DNA of 64,000 nucleotides from a virus. Its lineage: Duplodnaviria > Caudoviricetes. This document shows positions 36,027 to 44,410 of the stretch, piece by piece (the first letter of the stretch is position 1; each line of letters opens with the position of its first letter). Where the stretch lies: positions 1,375 through 65,374 of IMG/VR virus record IMGVR_UViG_2816332591_000002. One strand, written 5' to 3'. Under the pieces are notes generated by a model, which saw only the letters and a list, made by a program, of their open reading frames with translations, did not search any database and was not told the DNA's origin. The translations under genes and the position numbers were made by a program.

Positions 36027-36421
36027 GCCGCCTCCGGCCCGTAGCGCCGGGCGAACGCCGCGACGTCCATATACATGGCGCGCGCCTCGTCGGCGGTGAG
36101 GTCGGGCCGCAGGTACCAGGCCCAGGCGTCGGCGTAGGGCGCGCCGGTCGCGGTGCGGATCAGCATTTCGATGATGGCGCCGACGGCGTAGTAGGTGGTG
36201 CGCACCCTCCCGTCAGCGACTTCGCCGGGGCCGCCCGCCCGGAAGGAGTCGGGCACCTTCCAGTTGATGGTGGCGGCGCGCTCGGCGGCGGCCTCGGCGT
36301 GCGCGACAACCTGCGCGCCGGTGATCGGCTGGCCGTCGGTCCCCCACCACAGGCGGCCCTCGGGGTACTTCTTCTCGTACAGGCCGCGGGCGCGGTCGAT
36401 CAGGGTCTCGGTCGTGGTCAT
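36023..36421 (-). CDS. Hypothetical protein
   Basis: Start MTTTETL after GAGAGGA RBS. Confidence 0.6.
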   Translation of the reverse strand: MTTTETLIDRARGLYEKKYPEGRLWWGTDGQPITGAQVVAHAEAAAERAATINWKVPDSFRAGGPGEVADGRVRTTYYAVGAIIEMLIRTATGAPYADAWAWYLRPDLTADEARAMYMDVAAFARRYGPEAA

Positions 36422-36431
36422 GGCTGTCCTC

Positions 36432-36947
36432 TCAGGTACGGGGTTCGGGCTGGGTGGTGACCTTGATGGACACGCCGCGGGCGTCGCGGCGATAGACGCG
36501 GCCTGCGTTGATGCGCATCTTCCGTTCGACGGCGTCCTGCAGGTCGACACCGGTCATGCCGGCGAGTGCGGCGAGGAGAAGGAAGGCGCTGGCCAGGTGC
36601 CTGCCGATGTCCTGGTTCTCAAGCCAGGCAGTGAGGGCGTCGGTGGCCTTCCTGGTGAGGAGACCGAACTGCAGCGGGACACTGACGTCGGCGGGCTGGC
36701 GCCAGTGGAGCGCTGTCCGCTCGACCTCGGCGTGCAGGTCGAGGCCAGTCATCCCGGCCAGTCCGACGCTGAAGAGGAAGATGTCGGCGAGTTCGAGGTC
36801 GAAGCCGGGTTCGCCGCGGCGCCAGGCGGTGAAGGCTTCGCCGACTTCGCCAATGAGCAGGGCGACCTCGAGCGGGACATCGGTGGTGTTGAGGCCCTTG
36901 GCGACCTTGTTGGCGACCGCGGCGGCCTGGATGGCGCGCAGGTCCAT
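36432..36947 (-). CDS. MazG-like nucleotide pyrophosphohydrolase (internally duplicated)
   Basis: LLIGEVGEAF.AW...LELADIF; a second degenerate copy with AGMTG.DL occurs twice. Confidence 0.75.
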   Translation of the reverse strand: MDLRAIQAAAVANKVAKGLNTTDVPLEVALLIGEVGEAFTAWRRGEPGFDLELADIFLFSVGLAGMTGLDLHAEVERTALHWRQPADVSVPLQFGLLTRKATDALTAWLENQDIGRHLASAFLLLAALAGMTGVDLQDAVERKMRINAGRVYRRDARGVSIKVTTQPEPRT

Positions 36948-37339
36948 CACGGCGCCTCCGGGAGAGACATCGCGCGGCACGTCTCCGCGTGCGCCTGAGC
37001 CCACTCGCGAGCACGAGCCTCGGCACGCTGCTGCCCCGTCAGCTCAGACCATCGATTGCCGTAGTCGTAGTCCCCCCAAGGGAAACGGTCGGTATCCGGG
37101 CATCCGCCGCACGCAGCCACGGTGGTGTACACCCCGCCACCACGCTCGTCACGGTCGATCTCGGTGACGGTTACAGCGAGGGCCGCGTCCCGCATGGCCT
37201 CACCGGCAAGAGTGAGGTACCTGGCGATCAGCCGGGGCACCCGGCGGGCCGCCTCAGCCTCCTCCCGGGCCTTACGCTCCTTCTGCTCCGCGATCCGGGC
37301 TTCGAGGATCGTCATCAGTTCGGCGACCGGGTCACTCAT
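36947..37339 (-). CDS. Hypothetical phage protein
   Basis: RYLT..G, C.GC, AREWAQAHAETCRAM motifs. Confidence 0.65.
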   Translation of the reverse strand: MSDPVAELMTILEARIAEQKERKAREEAEAARRVPRLIARYLTLAGEAMRDAALAVTVTEIDRDERGGGVYTTVAACGGCPDTDRFPWGDYDYGNRWSELTGQQRAEARAREWAQAHAETCRAMSLPEAP

Positions 37340-37341
37340 GC

Positions 37342-37551
37342 TCACGCCCACCTCCGCCCGGTCTCGGGCCGCATCGCGATCCACACGAGGGTGGCGGCGA
37401 GCGCGGCACCCGCGGCGAGCGGCGTCGACAGCAGCCAGGCGACGGCGGTGCCGACCGCAGCGAGCGCGGTGACCACGGCGGGCAGCAGGGCCGGGCAGGC
37501 AACGACCAGCGCGACGGTCAGGGCCAGGGCGACCCAGGCGGCGGGACGCAT
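37342..37551 (-). CDS. Small 2-TM membrane protein (Spd-like)
   Basis: 69 aa, almost entirely hydrophobic; coupled to the kilB-like gene. Confidence 0.6.
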   Translation of the reverse strand: MRPAAWVALALTVALVVACPALLPAVVTALAAVGTAVAWLLSTPLAAGAALAATLVWIAMRPETGRRWA

Positions 37552-38012
37552 CACGGCCTCCTCGTCGCGCGGGCCGCGGCGGCCAGCAGCTGGTCGTGGG
37601 CGCGCAGCGTGGCCTGGCGGACGTCGTCCAGGGTTTCGTCGGTGGCGTCGCCGAGAGCGAGGCAGGTGGCCACGCCCTCCCGTGCGGCGCGCAGCAGGTG
37701 CTGCTCGTGCGGTGCGACGACTTCCAGGCGGGCCATGGAGCGGGTGACCGCCGAGCGGGCCTCCCAGCGCTCCTGGCGCCCGGCTGGCGGGTCGCCGCCC
37801 TCGCGGACCGTCTGCAGCTTGAGGTACTGGTGGCGGCGGTGGTCGACCAGCGCGCCGGCCAGCTCGACTGCGGCCTCGCCGACCTCGCGCCGGTGGCGCT
37901 CGGCACGCTCCGCACGGGCGGTCCGTACCGTCGTCGCGTACTGGATCAGGCCGGTGACCCCGGCGCCCGCGAGCGTCGTCGCCGCGCCGATGATGACGTC
38001 GGTGTACATCAC
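37551..38012 (-). CDS. kilB: KilB-like protein (pIJ101-type)
   Basis: N-terminal TM (TLAGAGVTG), LAGALVDHRR and RSAVT motifs resemble pIJ101 KilB homologues (from recall). Confidence 0.65.
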   Translation of the reverse strand: MMYTDVIIGAATTLAGAGVTGLIQYATTVRTARAERAERHRREVGEAAVELAGALVDHRRHQYLKLQTVREGGDPPAGRQERWEARSAVTRSMARLEVVAPHEQHLLRAAREGVATCLALGDATDETLDDVRQATLRAHDQLLAAAARATRRP

Positions 38013-38191
38013 GCCACCGCCATCTGCTCGGCGGCAATCGCGCGCAGGTCGTCCATCAGGCGGGGCTCGTCGGGGTGGTCGGCGTCGTGCTCGATCGCTG
38101 CCACGTAGATGGCGGTGATGACGTCGTATCCGTCGGTCGCGAGCGCCGCGCGGAACTCGGCGATCAGGGCAGCTCGGGTCTGGTAGCTCAT
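38009..38191 (-). CDS. Hypothetical protein (MSYQTRAALIAEF...)
   Basis: RBS plus coupling to the kilB-like gene. Confidence 0.55.
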   Translation of the reverse strand: MSYQTRAALIAEFRAALATDGYDVITAIYVAAIEHDADHPDEPRLMDDLRAIAAEQMAVA

Positions 38192-38262
38192 CGATATGAC
38201 CTTCCGGTCGATATGTCGATACGAGTGGGTGGCCGGGCCCGGCGGCGCGGGCCCGGGAGGGA

Positions 38263-38466
38263 TCAGGTCAGGCCGTCGCCCGGCTCGGGCTCGCGCTCTC
38301 GGGCGGCGGAGCCGTGCTGGCGGGCGTAGGTCTGGATGGCGTGCGGCCGGTAGTCGGCGAAGCACAGGGCGAGGAGAGGGGTGTCCCACCAGCCGAGGAA
38401 GATCTCGTCGATGTCGGCGACCAGCACCGGGTCGACTGGGCCGGGCTGCGAGGCGTGGCCGCTCAC
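38263..38466 (-). CDS. Hypothetical protein
   Basis: 67 aa, GTGA-coupled. Confidence 0.5.
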   Translation of the reverse strand: MSGHASQPGPVDPVLVADIDEIFLGWWDTPLLALCFADYRPHAIQTYARQHGSAAREREPEPGDGLT

Positions 38467-38768
38467 GACTCCACCTCCGGCTCGGCGAGGGCCGGCGCGT
38501 AACCGGTGATCTCGACGTTGGCGCCGAGGGACTTGCCGCGCACCCGCAGGAACACGCCGCCGTAGGTGCGGTACTCGACGTCACCCGACGGCAGGCCCAG
38601 GGCCTCACGCCACGTCTCGAAGTCACCGAGACCCTCGTGGAGGCCGATGTCGATCTGCGACGGGTAGACGGGACTGACCGCGATGTAGGCAGCAGGCAGG
38701 TGACCGAAGGTACGGGCCAGCACGACGGCGGTGTCCAGCGCCGCCTGCTGATCGGCGAGAGTCCTCAC
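38463..38768 (-). CDS. Hypothetical phage protein (VRTLADQQAALD...FETWREALG)
   Basis: GTGA-coupled; F..WREALG pattern. Confidence 0.6.
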   Translation of the reverse strand: MRTLADQQAALDTAVVLARTFGHLPAAYIAVSPVYPSQIDIGLHEGLGDFETWREALGLPSGDVEYRTYGGVFLRVRGKSLGANVEITGYAPALAEPEVES

Positions 38769-38971
38769 GACGCCTCCCGCGGCACGATCTTGAACACGTC
38801 GCCGTGCGCGCTGTACACCACGTGGACGTCCTCGCCCGCGGCGCGCAGCACCTCCACCGCGGCGTCGAGGATCAGCGACGAGCGGGGGTTGCCGGCGGGC
38901 AGCTCGCGCGGGACGGAGACCAGGGCAGCGATGGGAGCGGTCGGCTCGATGGCGACGGTCATGACGTCCAC
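38765..38971 (-). CDS. Hypothetical protein
   Basis: 68 aa within the operon. Confidence 0.55.
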   Translation of the reverse strand: MDVMTVAIEPTAPIAALVSVPRELPAGNPRSSLILDAAVEVLRAAGEDVHVVYSAHGDVFKIVPREAS

Positions 38972-39342
38972 CCCGCCTCACCGCTCGTGATCGCCTCGTA
39001 GGCGTCGGCCATAGCGTGCAGGCGGGTCAGGTGATCGCGGACCCGGGCGACGTAGGCACGCAGCTCGTCGGGCGTCAGAGTGACCCAGTCGTCGCCGCCC
39101 GCGTCGAACGTCAGCTCCGGGGCGCCGGTGTCCGGGTCGTAGGCGATCTGCGCCTGCAAGACCTGGTGCGGCTGACCCGTCGGATACGTGCCCCACGACG
39201 AGTCGATGCTCGTCGCGTACAGCGGAGCACCCGCCAGACGATCGGCGGCCGGGGTCAGGGTGAACGGGATCGGGGCGTCGGGGGTGGCCGAGACCGGTGA
39301 CACGGTGCCTACGGGGAGACCCGTAGAATTCGGGATAGCCAT
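38959..39342 (-). CDS. DUF6907-like protein; first gene of the leftward accessory operon
   Basis: LTPDELRAYVARVRDHLTRL..MAD C-terminal pattern. Confidence 0.55.
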   Translation of the reverse strand: MAIPNSTGLPVGTVSPVSATPDAPIPFTLTPAADRLAGAPLYATSIDSSWGTYPTGQPHQVLQAQIAYDPDTGAPELTFDAGGDDWVTLTPDELRAYVARVRDHLTRLHAMADAYEAITSGEAGWTS

Positions 39343-39464
39343 CAGGGGACCCTTCAGAGAGCCTGGTGGTCAGGGCCGGCCTGCGAGGTAGGAGTCGCAG
39401 CGTCCGGCCCGTTTTCATTTGTGTAGCGCGTCTCGACAGGCATGGCCTGGTAGGAGTGAGCCGC

Positions 39465-39557
39465 GCCTTGAAGCTCTGATTTGAAAGGTAGACCTCCCCT
39501 CACCCGGACGTCAAGGCACATCTTGAAAGAGATTGTGATCGGCTCTACCCTCAATGC
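39465..39557. promoter_or_regulatory. Divergent promoter/operator region
   Basis: AT-richer gap; inverted repeat TCAAG-N6-CTTGA (39511-39526) and repeated TTGAA. Confidence 0.5.
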
Positions 39558-39800
39558 ATGACTGACACCCTGGACGCCGCGATCGCCGATGTTGTCGGCG
39601 CCTTGGATGCCATCGCTGACCCAGTCGAGCGGTACCAAGCGATGCCGTCGGTCAAGACCAAGGTGGACGACGCGCTTAGGGGGGTCCGTCAGCGCATCGC
39701 GCTGGAACTCCATGGCCAAGGGAAGCCCTGGCGAGAGGTCGGGCAGCTCATGGGAAACGTGTCCGCACAACGCGCCTGGCAGATGTCGCGGGGCGAGTGA
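39558..39800 (+). CDS. Small HTH regulator divergent from the transfer operon (Kor-like role)
   Basis: GKPWREVGQLMGNVSAQRAWQM helix-turn-helix. Confidence 0.75.
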   Translation: MTDTLDAAIADVVGALDAIADPVERYQAMPSVKTKVDDALRGVRQRIALELHGQGKPWREVGQLMGNVSAQRAWQMSRGE

Positions 39801-39918
39801 CGTGATCTCCATGCCTTCGAGTCAACGCGCGCACGGCGCTGCACACGAGGCACGCCGGGTGTAGCTGCGGGACACCAGCCGGACAGGTATCGAAAGCCAC
39901 GACGGGGCGGGGTCACCG

Positions 39919-40554
39919 GTGGAAGTCGTAGACGAGTGGAGCGGCCGGTACGCGAACGCTCTCCAGGCCGCGCTGCGGATGACCCGCGAAGAGTTCGCCG
40001 AGCATCTCGGTGTCGCACCCCGGACCGTCGCTGCCTGGCACAAGGACCCCGGGATCGTTCCACGTGCGGAGATACAGCGCGCGCTGGACACCGTGCATGA
40101 ACGAGCCCCTGAGGCTGCCCGCCGCCGCTTCGATGCGCTGACGAGCCCGAAACCCTCCGTCGAAGCGCAGGCCCTCCGCGTGGCCATCGCCGTCGTCGTC
40201 CGCGGCAACGCCGTCCTGCTGGTGTGCCGACGCGGCAGCGATGCACTCACGTGGCAGTTCCCGGCAGGAGTCGTGAAGCCGGGACACATCTCCGATGCAG
40301 TTGCCGTGCAGGAAACACACGCCGAGACCGGTGTGCACTGCACAGTGAAGAAGTACCTGGGGAGCCGTCTCCACCCGGCCACAGGCGTTCAGGCGGACTA
40401 CTTCCTCGCGGAGTACCTCGCCGGCGAGGTGACGAACGTCGACCCACTGGAGAACACGGATGCCGTCTGGGCTCCGATCGAGAACCTGACCCGCTTCATC
40501 CCGACCGAATCGATCTACCCGCCCATCCTGGCGGCCCTGGAGGGGAACGCATGA
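39919..40554 (+). CDS. XRE-HTH fused to a Nudix hydrolase
   Basis: LRMTREEFAEHLGVAPRTVAAW HTH plus a degenerate Nudix box (WQFPAGVVKPG...AVQETHAETG). Confidence 0.85.
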   Translation: MEVVDEWSGRYANALQAALRMTREEFAEHLGVAPRTVAAWHKDPGIVPRAEIQRALDTVHERAPEAARRRFDALTSPKPSVEAQALRVAIAVVVRGNAVLLVCRRGSDALTWQFPAGVVKPGHISDAVAVQETHAETGVHCTVKKYLGSRLHPATGVQADYFLAEYLAGEVTNVDPLENTDAVWAPIENLTRFIPTESIYPPILAALEGNA

Positions 40555-40961
40555 CGGAGAGTAGCGAAGAGAAGCCCGGCATCTCAGCGGCGATCATTGT
40601 GGGCGGGGGCCGCGTGTTGATGGTCCGCCGCCGCGTAAAGGAGGGCGAGCTGTCCTGGCAGTTCCCCGCTGGCGCGATCGAGGCCGGGGAGACCGCCGAG
40701 CAGGCCGCCGTTCGGGAGACGCTGGAGGAGACCGGGCTGACCGTCGAGGCGACCAAGCTGATCGGTGAGCGGGTGCATCCGAAGACAGGGCGGAGCATGT
40801 CGTACACCGCCTGCTCGGCCATCTCCGGCGAGGCGCACGTCGCAGACACCGAGGAGCTGGCCGAGGTCGCATGGGTGGCGCACTCGGAGATCAGCGACTA
40901 CGTGCCATACGGGCTGTTCGGGCCGGTGCAGGAGTACCTGGACGACGCGCTGACGCGCTGA
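40551..40961 (+). CDS. Nudix hydrolase
   Basis: Canonical GAIEAGETAEQAAVRETLEETGL Nudix box; ATGA-coupled. Confidence 0.9.
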   Translation: MTESSEEKPGISAAIIVGGGRVLMVRRRVKEGELSWQFPAGAIEAGETAEQAAVRETLEETGLTVEATKLIGERVHPKTGRSMSYTACSAISGEAHVADTEELAEVAWVAHSEISDYVPYGLFGPVQEYLDDALTR

Positions 40962-40975
40962 GTGCACGCCAGAAG

Positions 40976-41006
40976 GAGCCCCGGCCGGATACGCGGCCGG
41001 GGCTTG
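40976..41006. terminator. Hairpin terminator between convergent units
   Basis: AGCCCCGGCCG-gatacg-CGGCCGGGGCT. Confidence 0.7.
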
Positions 41007-41058
41007 TCGTGTCCAGAGCACCTGTCGGCCGCCACCGCAGGGCCGCGTGGTCCGGGCG

Positions 41059-41499
41059 CTACGAGTCCTGCCTACGCTCGCGCCAGCGCCTGCGGACGAT
41101 CAAGAACGCGAACAGGCCGCCGATGGGGCAGGACGCAACGACCGTGGGGAGCCCCGCCGGCCATCCCTCACCGACAGGGAAGGGAATGGCCAATGCGGTG
41201 ATCAGCGGAACACCGCACAGGAGAAGTGCCACCCCCCACGACCAGACCTTCGCGAAACCTTTCCACCAGCTTTGGGACTGCACCCACGGTTCGACATACA
41301 GGAGTCCGGCTGAAACCGGCCACACGACAGCCAGGGCAATGACCGGGGAAATGGCAAGTCCCTTCTGGCCGATCAACTCGCGAATGAAGGACGCCCCCGG
41401 ATAAGCCAGAGCGAACCCCAGGGCCACACCGACGGTGCTGTAGCCAAAGGCTTGCTTCACGCTTACCTGCTCGCTGTCTTCGGACGCTTTCCCCAGCAT
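41059..41499 (-). CDS. 4-TM membrane protein, candidate bacteriocin immunity protein
   Basis: Four hydrophobic segments, basic C-terminus, directly downstream of the secreted peptide gene. Confidence 0.6.
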   Translation of the reverse strand: MLGKASEDSEQVSVKQAFGYSTVGVALGFALAYPGASFIRELIGQKGLAISPVIALAVVWPVSAGLLYVEPWVQSQSWWKGFAKVWSWGVALLLCGVPLITALAIPFPVGEGWPAGLPTVVASCPIGGLFAFLIVRRRWRERRQDS

Positions 41500-41539
41500 G
41501 GCTGCTCCTGGCTATCGTGTGGCCGATACTCCCTTACCG

Positions 41540-42073
41540 TCAGGCGCAGGCGCTGGCGACTCCGTCGAGGCCGCTCACGGCCATGACGAAGTCGGCGAAC
41601 TCCTGGCCGGCCTCCGGCGGGACGTGTCCTTCCTTGATGAACTTCCAGGCGTACTTAGCGAACTTCGCGTATCCGCCGAGTTTGCCGATGATGCGGGCGA
41701 CCTTCGCCACGGGTATGCCGTTCTCCGCGGCGAACTTCGCGATGGCGACGCCGCAGCCCAGCCAGTTGACGCGCAGGACCGTGCCGTCGTTGGTGGCTAC
41801 GGCGGACCCGCTGCCCTTCATGGCCCGGTTCAGGTACTCGATGACCTCGCGGTCGTTCAAGTTCTTCTTCTGCAGGTGGTCCGGGGCGTTCTCGATGGCC
41901 CGCGCGAACGATTCCAGCGCCTTGGTCGCTGCCGCATCGCTGACGTTCGGTGCAACCGACGCGGCTGCCGGGGCCGCACGGTGGGCGACGGCGTTGGCTG
42001 CCGGACCGGCGAGACCGAGCGTCACCGCCACCAGCGCCGTTGTTGCAGCGATCCGTATCGTATTAGACTTCAC
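41540..42073 (-). CDS. Secreted pre-pro-protein, closticin-574-like bacteriocin
   Basis: Sec signal peptide; C-terminal amphipathic domain NWLGCGVAIA...AK...I..LGG..K.AK...SGLDGVASAC with two flanking Cys; AAAGGAG RBS. Confidence 0.65.
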   Translation of the reverse strand: MKSNTIRIAATTALVAVTLGLAGPAANAVAHRAAPAAASVAPNVSDAAATKALESFARAIENAPDHLQKKNLNDREVIEYLNRAMKGSGSAVATNDGTVLRVNWLGCGVAIAKFAAENGIPVAKVARIIGKLGGYAKFAKYAWKFIKEGHVPPEAGQEFADFVMAVSGLDGVASACA

Positions 42074-42403
42074 TTGTTGCACTCCTTTGTGCGATGCCGG
42101 GGAAGAGGGCATAGCGGAGCGATCGGTGAATAGCCTGCAAGCATAGACCGGTTGCCCCCAGCCTTCTTCCCCGTTCTTCTTCCTTGGTCCGCAGCCGCCA
42201 GGGTCAGCGCCGCGTTGACGGGAAGCTAACACACCAAAAGGCCTGCCCCAAGCGATCTTTCGCGGTAAGCAACATACCGCCCAACCGACTGACGCACATT
42301 GATAAACCAAGGGCTAGCAGGCGCCGCCTTCCCGCCGAAGAGGAGTAGGCCCGCGTGCAGCGCAGCAGCGAGCCCCCACCCGGAGATCCGGGCGAGGGCT
42401 CTG

Positions 42404-42664
42404 TCATACCTCGATGTAGGCGATCACGACCTGGGAGCCGAGGGCGGTCGCGTAGTAGACGACGCGGACGCTGGTGCCGGGCTCGCGGTAGTCGCGGAAC
42501 GGCGGATTATCGGGGATCGGGTCGCCGATGTCGGGGTTGACCTGTATGGCGACGATCGCGCGGTCGGCCGCAATGGTCTCCGGGATGTTGAACCCTTCCA
42601 GCTGCTCGGCCGCAGCGTCGCCGAAGTGGACTTGGGTGCGTCGGGGGCCGTGCTTAGGCGACAT
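42404..42664 (-). CDS. RelE/ParE-like toxin candidate
   Basis: V.F.D.A..QL, NPDIG, VRVVY..., VVIAYI fold pattern; overlaps a small upstream ORF. Confidence 0.5.
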   Translation of the reverse strand: MSPKHGPRRTQVHFGDAAAEQLEGFNIPETIAADRAIVAIQVNPDIGDPIPDNPPFRDYREPGTSVRVVYYATALGSQVVIAYIEV

Positions 42665-42863
42665 GCCAGGAGTCAACCACGATGCCGAGCCGCTCGTAGT
42701 GCTCGTCGCGAAGTTGCTCCCAGGGCTTGCATTCGTCGAGGCGGGGCAGGCCGTCGGCAGCGAAGCCTTCGAGGATGCCGGCCAGCTCGGGGGTCTGCTC
42801 GCGCTCGCGCTCTGCCCAGGCGCGGAGGTTCACTGCAGCCTGCGTGTCGATCGGCTCCGGCAT
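42654..42863 (-). CDS. Putative antitoxin
   Basis: 69 aa, acidic, PWEQLR motif, upstream of and overlapping the toxin candidate. Confidence 0.45.
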   Translation of the reverse strand: MPEPIDTQAAVNLRAWAEREREQTPELAGILEGFAADGLPRLDECKPWEQLRDEHYERLGIVVDSWHVA

Positions 42864-43093
42864 GGCCGTCCTCCAGGTTCGGGATGAGACACCAGATTAG
42901 CAATCCGCATTGCACCGACAATGGGTTCTGTGGACTGTGGTGGCCGCCCGTGACCGACTCGGCCGCCGCCCCGTTCTCCTCCCGTGACCGATGACGACCT
43001 CGACGCCCTGCATCTGCTCCTGGACACGGACGACCCGCGCCTGCCTGTCATCACGGCGGGTGAGGCGCGGGCCGCGGTGGCGCTGCTGGCCCA

Positions 43094-43442
43094 CTACGGC
43101 CAGGGCGACGGCGAGACGGCGGCCCTGGCGCGGCGGTGGTCAGCGAATGTGGCGCGCAGGCAACGGCTGAGTAGCCGCGCCGGGTCACTCACCCTGACCG
43201 CTGGCCTGGCCCTGGTAGGTGCTGGCTGTGTTGAAGCCTTGCCGGGCTCCCAGGTCTCGGTGAAGCCGGCGAGCGTGGCGAGCAGGTGCCGCTCGGCCGC
43301 CGCCTGGAAGTCGCCCTCGGGGCCATACCACGGCAGGTCGGGCAGTTCCCCGTACTCGCCGAGGCCTTCGAGCTCCCATCCGCTGTCACCTCCGCCGAGG
43401 TGGTAGCCGTAGACGAGCATCGCATCAGTGGACTGGCCCATG
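43094..43442 (-). pseudogene. Phage protein (MGQSTDAMLVYGYHLG...), probably C-terminally truncated
   Basis: Protein-like until ETWEPG, then low-complexity read-through overlapping a convergent ORF. Confidence 0.4.
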
Positions 43443-43469
43443 GTCAGTGCTCCTTCGTGGTGGTGGCGG

Positions 43470-43703
43470 TCACGTCGCGTCGCCGACGTAGCGGTAGCCG
43501 GTGCTGGTCGGGCGGAAGCGGTAGAGGTCGATGCGGGTACGCCGTGCCCCGGGTACGGGGACGATGCCCTGCGGGGTGATGGCCATCCGCTCCACTTCGG
43601 CGTGGGTGGCGTCGATTGAGGCAATGCGCAGGCACCGGTCCGGCATGCGCGGGTCGGCGTCCTGCCAGATCTGGCCGACGGCAGGGGCAGGGGTCTCGGT
43701 CAT
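43470..43703 (-). CDS. Small SH3-like phage protein
   Basis: PAVGQIWQDADPR...RTRI...RFRPTSTGY. Confidence 0.65.
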   Translation of the reverse strand: MTETPAPAVGQIWQDADPRMPDRCLRIASIDATHAEVERMAITPQGIVPVPGARRTRIDLYRFRPTSTGYRYVGDAT

Positions 43704-43721
43704 CGGGGGCTCCGTAAGTTG

Positions 43722-44351
43722 TCAGGCCGCGGCCCGGTCGGCGAGCGGCAGGTCGAAGAGGTCACTGTGCCCGTACTGGGCGCCGCAGTACCGGCACTTC
43801 TCGCCGTGGGTGGACACGGTGAAGGGAAGGGTTGCGCCGCACGGGCACAAGACGCGGATCTTGCGTTCCGGTTGTTCGCCGGTGACGAGGCGCTGGGCGT
43901 GGTTGTGGTGGGCGCGGACTTCGTGGTGCAGGTCAGCGGCGGCACTGAACGAGGCGTAGATCCACGGGGAGTTGGCGGCGAGGAACGTCACCGTCCCGGC
44001 GAGGGTCTGCCGCAGGTCACCCCGGAACGGCGCCGCCTCGTAGCCGAGTTCGTCGCGCACCGCCGCCTCCCAGTCGGCGAGGACGGTGACCAGCCCGCCG
44101 GGGGCCCGCAGGTCGAGTACGTGCAGCGAGCACGGCAGCGGGGCGCCGCGCGTTCCGCTGACGCGCCCGTCACCCCGCCCGGAACCCGGCTCCAGCAGGT
44201 CGCCGAGCTGGTCGTACAGAAGCGGCAGGGCGTGGAGCATCATGGTGCCGCGATCCTGGCAGATGCGGCACGCGAGACGGTCCCACTCGCCATCGCGCAG
44301 ACCGTACATGCAGATCGTGCAAACGGGGTTGACGGCGTCACGGGCGTGCAT
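43722..44351 (-). CDS. Zn-finger phage protein, candidate late-gene regulator
   Basis: CTIC...CRIC N-terminus and CPCG...CRYCG C-terminus; located after the resolvase. Confidence 0.65.
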   Translation of the reverse strand: MHARDAVNPVCTICMYGLRDGEWDRLACRICQDRGTMMLHALPLLYDQLGDLLEPGSGRGDGRVSGTRGAPLPCSLHVLDLRAPGGLVTVLADWEAAVRDELGYEAAPFRGDLRQTLAGTVTFLAANSPWIYASFSAAADLHHEVRAHHNHAQRLVTGEQPERKIRVLCPCGATLPFTVSTHGEKCRYCGAQYGHSDLFDLPLADRAAA

Positions 44352-44410
44352 GGTTGTCTCCTTGCGATCGTGCGGGCGGGTCGGGCGGCAGGGGCAAAGG
44401 TCGTGGCACA

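Noticed and set aside
28215-40961. Independent AICE or plasmid inserted into the prophage
   Set aside because: No integrase, excisionase, rep gene or flanking direct repeats were seen, and phage-type genes are interleaved; a decayed insertion cannot be fully excluded without comparative data
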